From Lytechinus pictus (lineage: Eukaryota): a stretch of 64,000 nucleotides of DNA. Location: assembly GCF_037042905.1 (NCBI RefSeq), contig NC_087245.1, positions 32,984,001 through 33,048,000 of the forward strand, read 5' to 3'. The position numbers and the translations under genes were made by a program. The notes below the pieces were generated by a model that was given only the letters and a program-made list of their open reading frames with translations, did not search any database and was not told the origin of the DNA. Below, piece by piece: positions 1 through 15,200 of this stretch; within the stretch, counting starts at the first letter, position 1, and each line of letters starts with the position of its first letter.

Positions 1-99
1 TCAGTCGCTTATAACAGTTGTCAGTGACAACTGCCTACTACATGTATCTGTTTCGTGAAATGCTCTAAAGGATTGGATGGAGCAAGTGCTATGACTGAC

Positions 100-264
100 C
101 TTGAATTTATTTTCTTTCCTGTTGACGATGACGGCCGTGATCTGCTGGTCCATGAAGATGAGGATGGTTGCAAGGAGGGCCGGTAAGACACCAGCTATCG
201 CCGTCCACCAGGGGTTGCCGTTGAACGGATCGATGAACCAGCTCTTGCGCTCATCAGACGTGGG
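100..264 (-). CDS. SLC4A10: SLC4 exon (TM8 region) [20 protein letters not shown]...[20 protein letters not shown]
   Basis: TTCCAG| acceptor, |GTCAGT donor, 165 nt, phase 0-0, conserved [11 protein letters not shown] motif. Confidence 0.95.
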
Positions 265-3200
265 CTGGAAAGAAGAGATTTCTACATTATTCATATTTAT
301 CCACGTAAGACCGTAAAAAAGTAAGAGATTCTGGAGCGTTCCAAAGTAACAGAAAAGTTGCTATTTAAGTCAAATAGTAAGGGTTAATTGCCGCATGGTC
401 TACACCCCCTTTGTCCACTTTCTGCTTGGTCTCATCTCACATGGACTAGTCCTAGTTATTGTACAACGCCTACTTCACTTGTTGTACGCGAGCAAATGGG
501 AGGCTGAATGTCAAACATTCTTACCGTTGCACACAAGACATACCATCCAAAATGTACCTTTGCACGGCTTAAGGAGGCGACATCACAATACGATTTAATT
601 CATTGCGCTCAGTAAAAATGAAGGTGAAATACGCGTATAAGCCTGCTGGTTAAATACGCAATGCTGCACAAGGTTTTCATAGATTACTACAGGATAAACT
701 CTTGTTTTTTTTTATTTTCGCTAAATTCTGAGGAGTTGTACAACACAAATAGCGAATATTCTTATTCATGCAATGGTGCGAAATTTCACATTCGGTGAAA
801 GAAAGAAACGCTCTATTCAACTCGGCTAACGCCTCGTTGAATAGAGCATCTTTCTTTCACCTCATGCACAATCTCGCACCATCGCACTCATGCCTATTCA
901 CTCTTTGTATACTCTACAACCACATCATCAACTAAATCAGTGCAATAGTGGGAGATCTCGCAACTCGGCTAACGCCTCGTTGAATAGAGCATCTTTCTTT
1001 CACCTCATGCTCAATCTCGCACCATCGCACTCATGCCTATTCACTCTTTGTATACTCTACAACCACATCACCAACTAATCATTCAGACTAATTGCCATTA
1101 AGATAATTTACAAATTTGTCCAATTGAGGCTATGCATACCTATTTTTGTCCACTTGGTCTAATACCACTTATATTTTAGGATAAGTTAAACTGCGTACAA
1201 ACATAATTTTTATTTGGCAATGTGCAAAATAAACAGACGAAGTGGAAGTCAGAACATCTGGACATTAGGCTAAATGACAATGAGACTTGGTGGATAACAG
1301 ACCAGGTTTAGTGGAGACGAAAGAACAAATAGACCAAGTGAATATTAGTAATAATAATTATGTGCTTCAGGATAATCATAACAATTCACTTGTCCATCCT
1401 GAAGGTACACGTTTTTACACTGCACAGGGAAAGAAGTATATGGGAGTTGGGACAAAATACAAACATTGCATGAATTCCTGTCCCAATATTTTAGAATTTA
1501 TCATATGTCTAATATAATCATAAATATGCAACTTAACCCTAAAAGGACTGGGCTGTGGCCCCCCCCCCTCGATGCTACGCGCGATATTTCCGAAACGCAA
1601 AAAGATAGCGACGCAAAATTTTATAACTTTTTTCTTTGAAGCCTCGCCCAACTTTTGAGACCAAATTCGCGACATACCGATATAGCATCGCGACGTCACG
1701 TGACTTTTTACGAGACAATGTCATGCCGAAAATGGCTCATTTTTATACTTTGTGTACAAAGTCTACGGGAGATGAAATTCATAAAAGGATGATTATTTTT
1801 TTGTTCTAATTGGTCTGCTTGATTAATTTAGAGTTTAATTTAGTTGTTAAATGGTCTGTAATAATTTCCGTTGAAAAAAAACCAATGAAAAACAAAAGAT
1901 AAAAAACAAAGAAATGCATAAGAAATTCTAAAAACAAAGAAATACATAAGGAAAAATTGGCTTTCGCAATTTTTCTTTGTGGAAACCTTTAAATTAGATT
2001 ACAAAGATGAAATCTGCAAAAAAAAGAAGAAAATTTGAAGTGATATTGGGTGTTAAATATGCAAATAATGTTTTTCATGAATAAATCTGCATATTTTAAT
2101 CATAATAAATAAAAAATATTTATTTTAAGAATTTTTAAAAATACTATTAGTTTATGTGCTAAGGAATGTGCATGCCAAATTTCGGCGCAATCACGCAAAT
2201 GGCGGCCGAGATCAGAAGGGGGGCCATCATGCCCCCCCATCCTCAATACATCTCTAATAGCCCAGTCTTTTTAGGGTTAAAAAGCTTGTGTATCCACTTT
2301 GAAGAGTGATCAAGGCACTAATGCCCCCCCCCCCAAGGATAATAAAAAGCAAACCTTTCTGCAACACATAAGTTCAAGATCTAGTGAGGTTGACAAGCAT
2401 CAACATACCTTAAATTCTGACGGTACAAGTAGCTTAGGTGTATCAATGCCAAACAGTTTGTCCACTCCTACCATAACCAGAACAGCGATAAGAACGGCAA
2501 AGTCACTCAGTGTTTGCCTTACCTAATATGAGAAAGAGAGAATGAGATCAAAGAATGTAAACGCAAGGTGCATGATGGCGGGACCTCCATCAATAAGGAG
2601 AAAGGAATCTGCTTGTTTAAATGAAAATTGTGGGTTTCCCAGTGGATGGCTCGAACTTACACCAAGTTGATTTAAAGTAGTGTGTTGACCTTTTGGTGTT
2701 GACCTATTCTGGTGTAGGTGTTTGGCACCTTAATTCAAATAAAACAGGCCAAGAACAAATCCCTCATCAGGTGTTTAGCTAACAATTATTTGATGTAAAT
2801 AATATTTCTAAACACACATAATGTTGGATCTTCCAAAATTAATCTCTCTTTTCCCTATTTCAACTGAAACAAATCTCTCCCTTTAAAGGTTAAAATGGGA
2901 ACCTCCAATGAAGACTTAGGCGAATTTGGATCAAAGTAACATACAATTGAGAATAGAAGCAGCATCCACAATCAAAACCTTATCAATGTTATCAATTAAA
3001 TTGTCACATGATGGTAGTGTTGCAGATGATTTTGACATAACTGCTACAAGCACAATTGCTTAAAAGCAAGCAACCAGAGGACCGATAGCGCACCAATCGG
3101 GAATCAAACCTTTGTAAAGGGAATCCAAAATCCCCACTCAATTAAATTTTCATGCAAAATCACTAGCTCTTAATTTCGCAATTTTTATTTTACTTTGATC

Positions 3201-6200
3201 AAGTCATGTCAGTTCAAGGGCGAACTCATTCATATACATGTAGTCTAGTGACAAATTGAAATAGCGACATCCCAATTTTTTTTTTTTTGGGGGGGAAGGA
3301 TTTACCAAAACTAAAAAATAGGCTTTTAACAGATACTCACAATGGTCGGGAAGTACCCTGTTGTTTTGAATTCCTTGAGACTGTAAGCGATGGTGAACGT
3401 TCCGATCATCAAGAGAAGAGACATTAGGAAGATATCCGACTGCGGAACATGCTTCCCACAATAGTTACCCACGAGCGTCCCGTTCATGCGTTCACAATCT
3501 TTCGCTGCTTCCTCATAGAAATCTTCTTCGTGATACTCGTACAAGCTGGATGCTGTCTGACACATGCATTCGTACGTTGTGTTTTCATTCGTATATCTAG
3601 GACAAAACATTCACAATGGACACAATAATACAAGCCTGTACGAGAATTTGTTTGAAAGGGGGGGGGGGTCACTTAATGAAAATATTTGAATCCTGTTGAC
3701 ATAAACTGTTGACCATTTGCTTCAGCAAGAATTACACATGTAATGTTTAATAAATTCCTAAACGGTTGTGGTTGACATTTGCCTCATTGAAATTAAACCA
3801 CCCAAAAAAGTTTGAAGGATGAAAATTGTTGAGATTAGGATAGTTTTTGGTATTTACTGTCCTAAGGGGGAAGGGTGCGAGAACTCCCTGGACCCATGTT
3901 TTGCATGGGCCTATAATAGGTGGTCAGATGTTAAGTTCAGATTCTTAATTTATGTATTTCAATATTGCCTCCAACAGGGAAACATTAAAATGAAGTCTTT
4001 GTTATAAGATTTCACATGTCCAGCCAAACATCAAACAATTAATATAAAAATACAAGGTAAAACACATGTAATACAAAAGACCAACAATCAAGTACAATTT
4101 ATCAATTATTTTAGAAAATAATTAATAATTATTGATTTCAAGATTTAGATTGGTTGCAAATTTCTTGATATGTTTCAAAAGACTCACCCTTCCACAGGGT
4201 TTTGCTTGTAGATCTTGATAAGTTTGTGAACAGACTCGTAGATGAAGATAAAGGAAATGAGGCTGGAGAAGCTCTCCTCGATAAAACGGGTGAAGTACTT
4301 GACGAGAGAACTAGCATCCGTAGCAACTAAGATGATACAGAGTAACATCGTCCAAAGGCCGATCCAGAAACGAAATGATAGGTAATCTAGACCAGCGGTT
4401 CTGAAAGAGACAAAATCAGGGCCCAAATACACAAAACTTTTAATAGGGACTGATTGTATAGGGACAGTGATATTCTGTTTAGCAGTAAATCCATTTATGT
4501 GAAAATTCATTAAATCTATCTATGCAAAATGGAATTCACGTTTTGCTGTGTACATTTTCTATGACAAAACTGAATTTTCATTTTCGATCAAGTTCGAAAT
4601 GGTACCACCGGTTTCAGTGGCGGACCGTGACCCGGAGGAGACAAAGCATTGGAGGGGCACAGCATTGTTCATAAACAATACAGTGCCCCTCCAATGCTTT
4701 GTCTCCTCCGGGTCACGGTCTGCCACTGACCGGTTTTCAGAAAAGCAAAAAATATCTTTTGAAATGAAAATCATTGACCCTAACTGATTTTCATGATTAA
4801 ATGTACACATTGTAGTCATTCCAATCAATCGTACAATTTGTTCCAGGATCAATTGCTAACCGTTGTGTTAAACCCCCTGGGGCCCGTTTCTCAACACCGT
4901 CATAAGTCTAACTTCTTGACTAAATCGGAGATAGTGAGCTACTTGTCCGCTAACCGTTTCACGAAGCCCTCTTTACCAAGATCGGGTACAACAACCTCAC
5001 TAAATATTTATGACACCTCCGAACCTGTCATAACTTCTTTCTTAATGACGTAGAGGCATCACGTGGGTAGACTATGACATGCAAAAGTGCCTCGAAATTT
5101 GAAAATTGTAATCTTACGTAATCATTCATAGAAGTTGAAATTACATTGCAAAACAGGTGTGATAGATCATTCAATAATAATTGTTATGCACAGAAACTAT
5201 CAAAACTGTTGGTAAAACGCAACAAAACCACTCATTTTAAAATAGTAAAGTAATTGAATCGATAAAGATTCTACCACGGCAGGTCATCCATAACTGGACT
5301 CGTATTCGTCGTTTTCAAACACTTATCAACATTTTTGATAAATTCTATCTCTAATTTATGCAAAGAATTTGTCAAATCGTGTGTTTCGGTATGTAAAAAA
5401 ATAAAAAAATAATAATTTAAACTATATTTTGATGATGTTTGGAACCATAAATAAACGTATAATTATCATTATTTTACAAAGATAACAATTGTGGTTTACT
5501 TTCGTAAACTATCAAAATTTACTATCCCGGGGATACCCATCTCATTGTCCCCATGTGATTTTTTAGTCATGAAATGATATATTCATAATTTGATTTTCTC
5601 AGCAATTAGATGCTCAAGTCTTCATGGTTTAAGTATGCATGGTTCATATTTTGCCTCTGCTATTATTTTTATTAGATGTATTTCCAAATTAATCACAATA
5701 ATTGCAGTTTTATCACATTTTTGCTTTTCAAAAATGATGCTATTTTGTGACTAAGGCTACGTCTCGTCTGCTCTTTCTACCGATAGTATCGATATCAAGG
5801 TATTCTAGTTAGGAAGCCTTTCGAGAAACAGGTTTAGTAAGATTGGAACTAACTCCGTGGTTGGTGGATAAAGATATGACTAACTTGTCCAGGTGTTGAG
5901 AAACGGGCCCCTGGGCGCCGTAACACAAAGTCTAGTGTTTGATTGTGGGTATGGTTTTTCACAATTGATCATACATAATTATCAATGCAATCAATCATAG
6001 AAATCACCCCTACGATAGGCCCCAGGCGACACAAATCTCTACTACCTACGATTACTGGATGGTTAGTGTATATGGGAACAGGGGGCCGTTTCATGAAGCT
6101 GATCATAAGTTAAGAGCAAATTTAAGACCGACTGGTGATCCTTTCTTGTGGTAAATGATACTGACCATTAAATGTTCATTGGTGATTATTTAGAGCGTAT

Positions 6201-9200
6201 GAAAAGTTCACCAGTCGTTCTTAAAGTCGCTCTTACCTTACGAACAGGTTTATGTAACCACCCCCAGGTTACTTTAGAATGGTAATGAAGAATAAGACAA
6301 TGCAAAAACATAAAAAGAAATAACAAGCAGAATATAAAGTATTGTGATTCTCAATATTTTGTTATAAAAACATAAATATTTAAAAAAGAAGTAAAAACAG
6401 TTTTAATAAATAATGTTCTTTTTTCTTTTTTTTTATCATAGTAATACTACATTGGGTTGGAGTTAATATCAAATAAGTAAAGGCCTGGTCCCACTGGCAG
6501 ACAGACACAAACGTATTCATAACGGATATAGCGGACAAGCGAAATTTCGGGTGGCTTCATCTGTTTTCATCCAATCAAGACAATGGACAAAACGGGCTAA
6601 CAATGAAATCACAGTGGACGGATGCTCTATGGAAATAGAGCGTAAGAAACATGTACGCAAAAAGTACACAACGGATACATAATGATTTCCAACGGATGGC
6701 AAGGTTCTTTTCCGTTTTACATCCTCTCTGCATCCGTAAGTGCAGTTGGACCAAGCCTTAAACCTCTATTTGGGCAAAAAGGGCATCATTACAAGGGAAA
6801 CGGAAAGAGAGAGAGAATAACTCACTCGCAGAAGCCGACCAATATCTTCTCATAGACTAGAATAGGACCCGTTGATCCCAAGATGGTAAGAGGTTGACCC
6901 GCAAAGAGATGAAATGCTACACCACATATGGAAGCCCCAAGTAGACTCTCTAACGCACTCTGTTCATAAGGAAACAAATAGGGATGGAGGATGGAGGTTA
7001 GGACCGAGAGAAAGTTTGGATCTTAAAAAGGCAAATTTCAACCCAACACCAAGGTGGTTCACCGGTAAATAAAAGCAGAAACATAAAGAGATTATTACCT
7101 ATACAAGGTATCTTAGCAGATGAATTTCATATTTCTCTCGCTACTTTTGATCTGAGACCAACGGGATAAACATTTGCCATTTTGCCCTCTCCGAGCTTTG
7201 CCCATAAGAATACTGTACACAAAAAGGGCAACATTGGCCATATTTCTGCTAGTGCGCTTATGCAGTAGGAGCCTATTTTGATCACTAATTTCAGTATTTG
7301 CGATATCTGGTTGGAACCAGTTTGTGAACCAACGCATTGTAGATAATGCACGGTGTGGCCAGTGCATATGCATTCCCAGCTAATCAACCAGTGCAACATT
7401 TGTACGCGTATGTATGTGCGCGCCAAGCATGATGCGCGACTACGGGGTAACAATTACGTCACAATTGCTTAGCAAGGATCACTTCGCCAAGTTTGTGAAT
7501 AACCTGATATCAGAAGTAGTGATAAGCAAAGAGGCATGTGTATTGTTCTAAATAATAGCTTGAATTACACATTATACAGCTGTAGGTAATAATATTAAAA
7601 ATTGACTGGCCCTTGGAAGAACTATATAGCCCTCGTCTAAAGACTCGGGCCAATATGATTCTGTTGCGGGCAACATATTTTATGTTCCCCTCAAGGCCAG
7701 TCAATATAATATAAATGTTTGATTCAATAATTCAATTCCGCTCATAAAGAAAACATATAGGGTTGGGGAATGGAAGTTAGGAAACTTGTCAAAGGTCTGT
7801 GCCCCATCTTCTATCAGGAATCCTCCAATAGAGTCATTATACATCTTTTCATAGTGACAATCCTGCATTCCCCATTATATAGTCTATGATGTTATGTGAG
7901 GTTTGGTAATGAAATGCCACTCTCCAGATTCCTGCAGGAAGATAAAGCTATGAATTCTGACAAGGTTTAGTATAACTTATATGGGAAAGTTCACCCTGAC
8001 AATGAGGGGGTTAATATAACAGTACATAAATGAGAGAATAAAGTTTGTTTCAATAATTTAATTCTAAGTCAATTTATTTGCTATTGAAAAATATATAATG
8101 CCAAAGAATGTTTATGCCACCACCCGTCAAAGGTTGGAAGCATATATTGAGGTCTTAATACAAGGCAAACAAAACATTACAAAATATGTTAATCAACACA
8201 TAAAATCTTTCAATAACATTGATTTCAGAAATTCCCACAAACTCTGATGGCTTCTCTAAATATTCATGATCATTTCGACCAGCTTTTTACAACATTAAAC
8301 ATCTACATTCTACAAAAAGTGACCACATGTATGATGTGACCCCATTAAATCTCAACCCATGTGGCATACCATTTTGTTGTCTGTAGCCTCGCCTAGTAGT
8401 CCACCAAACGTAATGACAGGAGTTATACAAGCAAAGTACATAAAGATGAACGAAGCCAGACACTGCAGGTGGAACGCATCTTTGAAGTCACTCAGAAAGA
8501 AAGGGAAGCGACGCTTACAGTCCTGAACCAGACCACCAAATATCCTAGGAAACAAGGCAAGAGGAGTGAATTTGAAGCTTAGTACATGTATATGCAGTTG
8601 TAGCAAACAATGACATTAAAGGGGTACTCCAGACTGAAAATATTTATATCTAATTAAATAGAGTAAAATTCACAGAGCAAATTTGCTGAAAATCCCATCA
8701 AAATCTGATAATAAATAACAAAGTTATCAAATTTTAAAGTTAAGCAATATTTTGAGAAGATAGTTAAATGCACGTCGTCGTGAATATTCATTAGTTCGGC
8801 TAATGATGTCACGTCCCCACTTTTCTTTTTTTATATAATTACATGAACTCATAATCATTTCATATTCTTGTAACCTGTGTATGATATATCTCCCTTATAA
8901 TGATATCAGTTACAGCAATGATTGTTCATTTGTCAATCCTACTTTTTTTTATTCTTGGAAAACAACATTTGAATAAACACAATTTCATCATATAACAAAA
9001 TATAAAAGAACAAGTGGGGATGTGACATCATCAATTTGCTCATTGAATATTCATGAAAACATGCAAGAATAATGCAAATCTTTAAAATTTTATAGCTACT
9101 GTATGTTAATTCTTGTCCGATTTTGATCAAATTTTCAGTGTTTTGTTTGTGTGATTTTTCTTTATCTGTTCAAAAAATATTATTTTCAGCATGGAGTATC

Positions 9201-12200
9201 CCATTAAGAGAGAGTTTAAAAATCAATATCCTCAGATAAAGAAGAATCAATCTCTGGAAAGAAAACTTTACTTGTTTTTTTTTTACAAAACTGTTAAAAT
9301 CCCAAACCTTCTTTATCTTCTTCATCTATCTCTTCTGGGGCCCGTTGCAGAAAGAGTAAAAAACGTAAGTAAAAAAATAAATCGCAAGTCCAAAATGCGC
9401 GCTGTTGATTGGTTGAAAATCAAGTTACACATGATTTTTAGAGTTGCGATTGATTGCAACTCTTTCTGCAACGGGCCCCTGACCATTCTGATCCTTGTTA
9501 ACTTACTTTCCTGTTCTCTCCAGCCCTTCGTGCTCTCCGTTATGTCCTCCACCCCCTCCTCCTCCTCCTCCTCCATCTTCTTCATCTATCCCTTCTGCGT
9601 GTCCATTGGGAGTTTGGAAGTGGGACAATCTCTTGGCCTGCGACGGTACCGTCTTGGGCGGCTCAATTCTGATGTTCGGATCCCATGCACCTACAGACAG
9701 AAAAGTATTTTTTAATTAGCTCTTGGGCAACTCATCGCAAATAACCTTAACTTTTTTTTTTATTGGATAGGCACTTAATTGTTAATATGTAAAAGAAGAT
9801 GCTATGTGTACATCACATGTATAATAACTTCTTTTACATAAATATAAAAAAAGCAAAACCGTAAGAGTAATTTTGTAATCTCTGAGTAGAAAAGGAGAAT
9901 GTTACAAGGACACACTGGAGAACCATGCCATATAAATTTTACATGAAGGTATATACAATGTACCAGGGTGATAATGCAACAACATCCATATGTAACTTAC
10001 CAGGTGGAAGAACTGTAACAGAGTCAATGAATTCATCGATGCCTGCAAGAAGGTCCTTGACGTTCTTGGCTTTGTAAGCAACATCATGGAAAATCTAGAG
10101 ATACAGTAGAAAACATTGGATATTTGGGATTTAATCATCTATAGCTTAATTTGCTCTATTTATTCTCAAGCTTCTTGAAAGAAAATAAATATATATGACT
10201 TAACTAAAATGTGCACACACAGAGAAGAAACCTTGAGATTTAACAAACATTGTCTGGTTATTAACATTTTATAAGAGCAGGTTATACTGTTTCGCCTGAT
10301 GCTAGAATATAAGTTTGCAATTCATGACTTTTCTTCAAGAAATTGCAATTCAATTTGTTGTTAGGATCCATACCTTATCTGACATGAGAGTTGCAACGCA
10401 TCTCCCGATCTCATGGTATCGCTTGGTTCCCCCGGACTGCGGGCCGAGGAGGATGAAAAGGAACCTGGTCGGGATGGGGACTTCCGTCAGGTCACCGAGG
10501 GACACCGCCGTCTGGAGGCGAACGAAAGCAATGATCGGACGTGACAGGAAATCCACCTCGCCGATCAAGACGTTGGAGGCCTCCGCACCCTGGGGGATCT
10601 TCCGCATGAAACTGTGCCTGGCCTGGATGTGACGAGAGGGGATAGGAAGAAAAATGAACAAAGCTAAAGGATGTGCCGGTGATTTGACCCTTCTTTCAAG
10701 GGTGTTAGCAAACTGGATAGCATTTGATGAAACCAAGTATCAGTGATTTTTCATTGTACGGTATATGTACTAATCTCCTTGCATTTGATTGGCTCGAAGC
10801 ACGAGTGCCAATGAAAATCACTATGTGTTTACTGAAATGCTTCTCAGATGAAGAAAGAAATTAAAACACAATGTTCTTTCTTTAATCAGGGGCCACTGAA
10901 CTGTTTTGAAAGTTTGGGGGGTGTCTGAAGTCCCCTAAGCTCCCCCTGTTTTGGGGACCCTATAAGTTTATCAAACAACTGCAATGGGGGCAAGCAAGCA
11001 AGCAATGTTCTGAATTTTGCAACTATTATTTAAAGTGATGTTATCTCTTTTTCATATCCCAATGATTTTGTTAATGATCATTTCACTTCATCATTTGAGT
11101 TAAATAAAGCTATCATCTCAAGATTAGAATATGTAAAGCATTATTTGGCCTTGCTTATAAACGGTATTTTAATAGAACAGTCAATGAGTACCTTATCCAG
11201 TCGATATACTCTCCAAAACATCAGTATTACTACTACTACTACAGTTATTAGTATTATTATTACTGTTATTGTTGTTGTTCTTATTATTATCATCATCATT
11301 ATTGCACTGTGTGTAAGCAAGGCCTCAATGTTAACAAAGAGCACATAACATGTTAGTATTGCCATATTCCAACACAAGACACAAATGTAGCAATGCAAAG
11401 ATCATTAGTAAACCCTTTCCCACTCCATGGCGGGTTATACCACATGAAAGAGCTTAATATGTACATGATGATTAAATACATAATTCAGTGCTAGTATGTA
11501 ATGATAACCAAGTGCATGATTGTTAGTATTAATGACAGCAAAAAAAGATTTGTTAGAAATACCCAATCACCAATATGAATATTAAAATGGATATGAAAAG
11601 GAAGAAAGTCACACATTAACAACTAATTACACAGAATTAAAGCGATATATGTGGTAAAATCACCTAGTCAAAAGGAAGAAATGAGCATGAATATGGTTAG
11701 GTATTCAGTTGAATAGGTTCTTTTGTAGATGACCAAGAAATCCTGCGAGTTGGAGGAGGCATTGGTACATGCAGAGAGACATACGATGTGAAACATTGTA
11801 TATTCTTCCCCAGAACCATGACAATACTGAAATCACTATGAGAAGGCAGTACAGTGTACATCAAAGAAAGGAAATAAACACCAAACCAGATATAGGCACA
11901 ACAGTCATGACTACACATTTAAGCAAAGTAATTAGTCATAGAGTTGATGTTTATGATTGATTGCAAATTATCAATACGATCAAACACTCAAACCATCTCC
12001 TCATGGACAATCAATCGCTAAGCTTCATGTTATAGACCCTGGTGGGTGTTTTATAAAGCTGTTCGTAAGTTCGGAGCAACTTTACAAACGGCTAGTGATC
12101 CCCTCTTGTGGTAAATTTTGCGCACCCAATTTTCATAGGTGTTAAAATCAGCTCTTCGGAAAGGATCACCGGTCGTTTGTAAATTCGCTCGTAACTTACG

Positions 12201-15200
12201 AACAGCTCTATGAAACACCCATCGATTTCTCATTTCACAATAATGGTTAACTCTATCACTATGGTAACTACCATAGTGACAGGACACAGCAGCCATTTGA
12301 CACCAAGGTTTCCATGGTAGTTACCATACCCATAATCATAGCTCTTTATTAATCGGGGGCCTCGTGGTTACATAATCCAGGTCAGATTGTATGTTCATTG
12401 CAAGATACATAATTAACCTACCGTAAAAAAAAAGAGACAGAGAGCGTAAAGGTCATAAGAAGTTCTCTCTGAACATCTTATTGTTCCGAAAATTAATTAC
12501 TGTACCTAAACACAGAGCTTGGTTAAAAGAAACATTTCAAAAAAGAAAATCTCTTGAAGAAGTACTGCTTTAAATAAAGAAAGACAAATAGGTGTCACAC
12601 CATCCAGTTGTTAGATCACATCAATATCATCATAAAAAAAGGAAAGGAGAAATGGAAAAAATATATTAAAGAGAAAGAAAATATGAATTAGACAAAGATA
12701 TCAAATTGAATAAGACTAAATGTTACAGGTTGGTGTTCCATAAAGCTTTTCATAAGTTACGAGCAACTGTATGAACGACTGGTGATCCTTTCTTAGAAGC
12801 TTAATCAACACCCAGGAAAATTTGCAGTATATCATTTACCACAAGAAAGAATCACCAGTCGCACGTAAAGTTGCTTGTAGCTTAAGAACAGTTTTAAGAA
12901 CGACTGGTAAACCTTTCTTATGCGCTAAACCATTGCCAGTGAACATTTTGGTGTCTACCATTCACCACAAGAAAGGATCACCAGTCGAACTTAAAGTCGC
13001 TCTTAACTTACAAACAGCTTTATGAAACACCCATCAGGTAAGCACTTGTAAACAAGATTTGCATACTATTGCAAAGTATAAGAAATACAATGCAGCCGTA
13101 CATGTGAAGGTTGCATGAATGTTTCCTGATGGACGAAAGCTTTCTTTTGAAATTTCCATGAACTGTTGCAATTAGTTTTGTAAAGCAAATCCAAAACTTG
13201 TCATCAATATACTCAAAATTCATGTATTACCCAATGTAAGAGTCGTCAACTGCAAACAAACAAATCTATTTTTTTTTTAATGAACATGTTTCAGATTCAC
13301 AAAGATGTAGGTCAATTGTTGATTTGTTTTTGAGGTCTGAGTGGGTGCACTCTAATACAATTGGGACTTTCACACAAGTGCAAGGAAGTAACGCTGTTGA
13401 CGTAGTACCATACCTTTGATGATCGTTTTAATTTAAACGAGTTCTCTGATTTATTAGAATGGAGGGATCCGGATTTACTTGGGACGGAATGGACAGACTT
13501 TGAAAAGTAAAATAAAAAAGGAAGTCATGAAGAAGAAAAAAGAGGCAAACATCAATAAATAAACTATACATCAATCCAGTAATGAAATAGACAGATCTTT
13601 TTGGCAAAATAAACCTGGATCTTTCCCCTTCCCTTTTTTTTTGGGGGGGGGGTATTCTCATACATTGTAAATGTCCAGATGTGAAATTTTATAATCAGCT
13701 TTAATAATATACGTTCATATAAATGTATTAATATTCTTAATATGAACTATTTCTAAGTGCCCCCCCCCCCCCGTTCTGTATTTACTCTGGCAACTTGATT
13801 ATGGCCTGTCCCTGCATTTCCTCTTTTGATCATGGCTATATAATCTTATTTGTTTATTACTAATTTTTCTTACATCAATTAAACAGATAATGGTGTGCTC
13901 TTTATACAAGTGTATTTGATCATTTTTTAGCATGAATAACATGCAATATGACCTCTATCAAAACACATTTTCATATTACTTACTTATTTAAATCTGCCAA
14001 TATTCATGATGAAAAATCTAGATATATTGTAATGTGATTCTAATTAAGTATACAACTTACATGTACAGTGATCTTTTCCAACATGGAAGATAGATAAACC
14101 AAAAATCATATTAATAGTCATTGAATATCAATGAAATTATTAAGTGCAGATGTATATAAAATCACATCAGTGCAGTGTGTACCGTATATAAAAAGAGATT
14201 CAGTCTGTTTATTGATAGAGAAATAGGAAGAATCAACAGCAAACAGTGTGATTACACAAAATATCGTGAATTGTACAAATTAACTGTATTCATTCAATAC
14301 CTTAATGAAAAAAAAAACATTATCTGGAGATATAAGCAAAACACCATATGAACATTAATTCCGCTATTGAGCTTCATATTTTCCATTACTTTGAATTTTA
14401 CGGGTGAGGTCCTCTGGAGACACGACCAGGGTCCCGTTGCATAGTAACTTTGCCATCCAATGGTAACTGCCATGGTAACAAGGCTCAACAGCCAATCAAA
14501 ATCAAGGATTCCATGCGAGTTACCATAGGATAGCAAAGTTACCATAATGGTAACTTTTATTCAATGGGGCCTTTGTGTCGGTTTTAACATCCAAGTTTTG
14601 TACAGTGTATTAAAGGTATCAATTAAACACTTATTTTGATTGGCTAGCTCGCTACATGAATATATTCATTCAAACCAAGGTCACATTACTAGACGCTATT
14701 CCAATAACTTTCTACCACTTAGTCACATTAGCTTACCGTAAACTAGTTACAACTTAATAACTTAATGACTAATAACTAGATAACCTGGAAGTTATTTTAC
14801 TTCATCAATTTTCGCAAGTGAAGGTCATTAAAACAGTTTCCCTCCTTTTTGATGGCACATGTATTTTCAAACTAAACAACAATTACGGTACTGAAAATAT
14901 AGATAAAGTAACACCTTACAAAAACAAAAATACAAAACTGATTTATCTGCCTACCAATATGATAATTCTTAGCAACACCATCAGAGAAGAATAAAAGTAA
15001 AAGTAAGGAATAAGCAGCGAGGATTATAGATTTACAGTCAGACATTGACATTAAGATTTCAAAGGTGTTCAAATAATCACTCATCACAGATAGGAGTGCA
15101 GAATATAGAAATCTGACATTGAAAGTAAATCTAAGTATTAAGTAGGTTTTGAAAGTTGCTTTCGTTATATTCAAAAGTGTGTTTTTTCTTAATAATATTC

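Noticed and set aside
4548-4852. Two antiparallel ORFs sharing [15 protein letters not shown]
   Set aside because: Artefact of the palindromic MITE
9191-9719. 174-aa plus-strand ORF
   Set aside because: Antisense to an SLC4 exon plus MITE sequence; no recognisable domain
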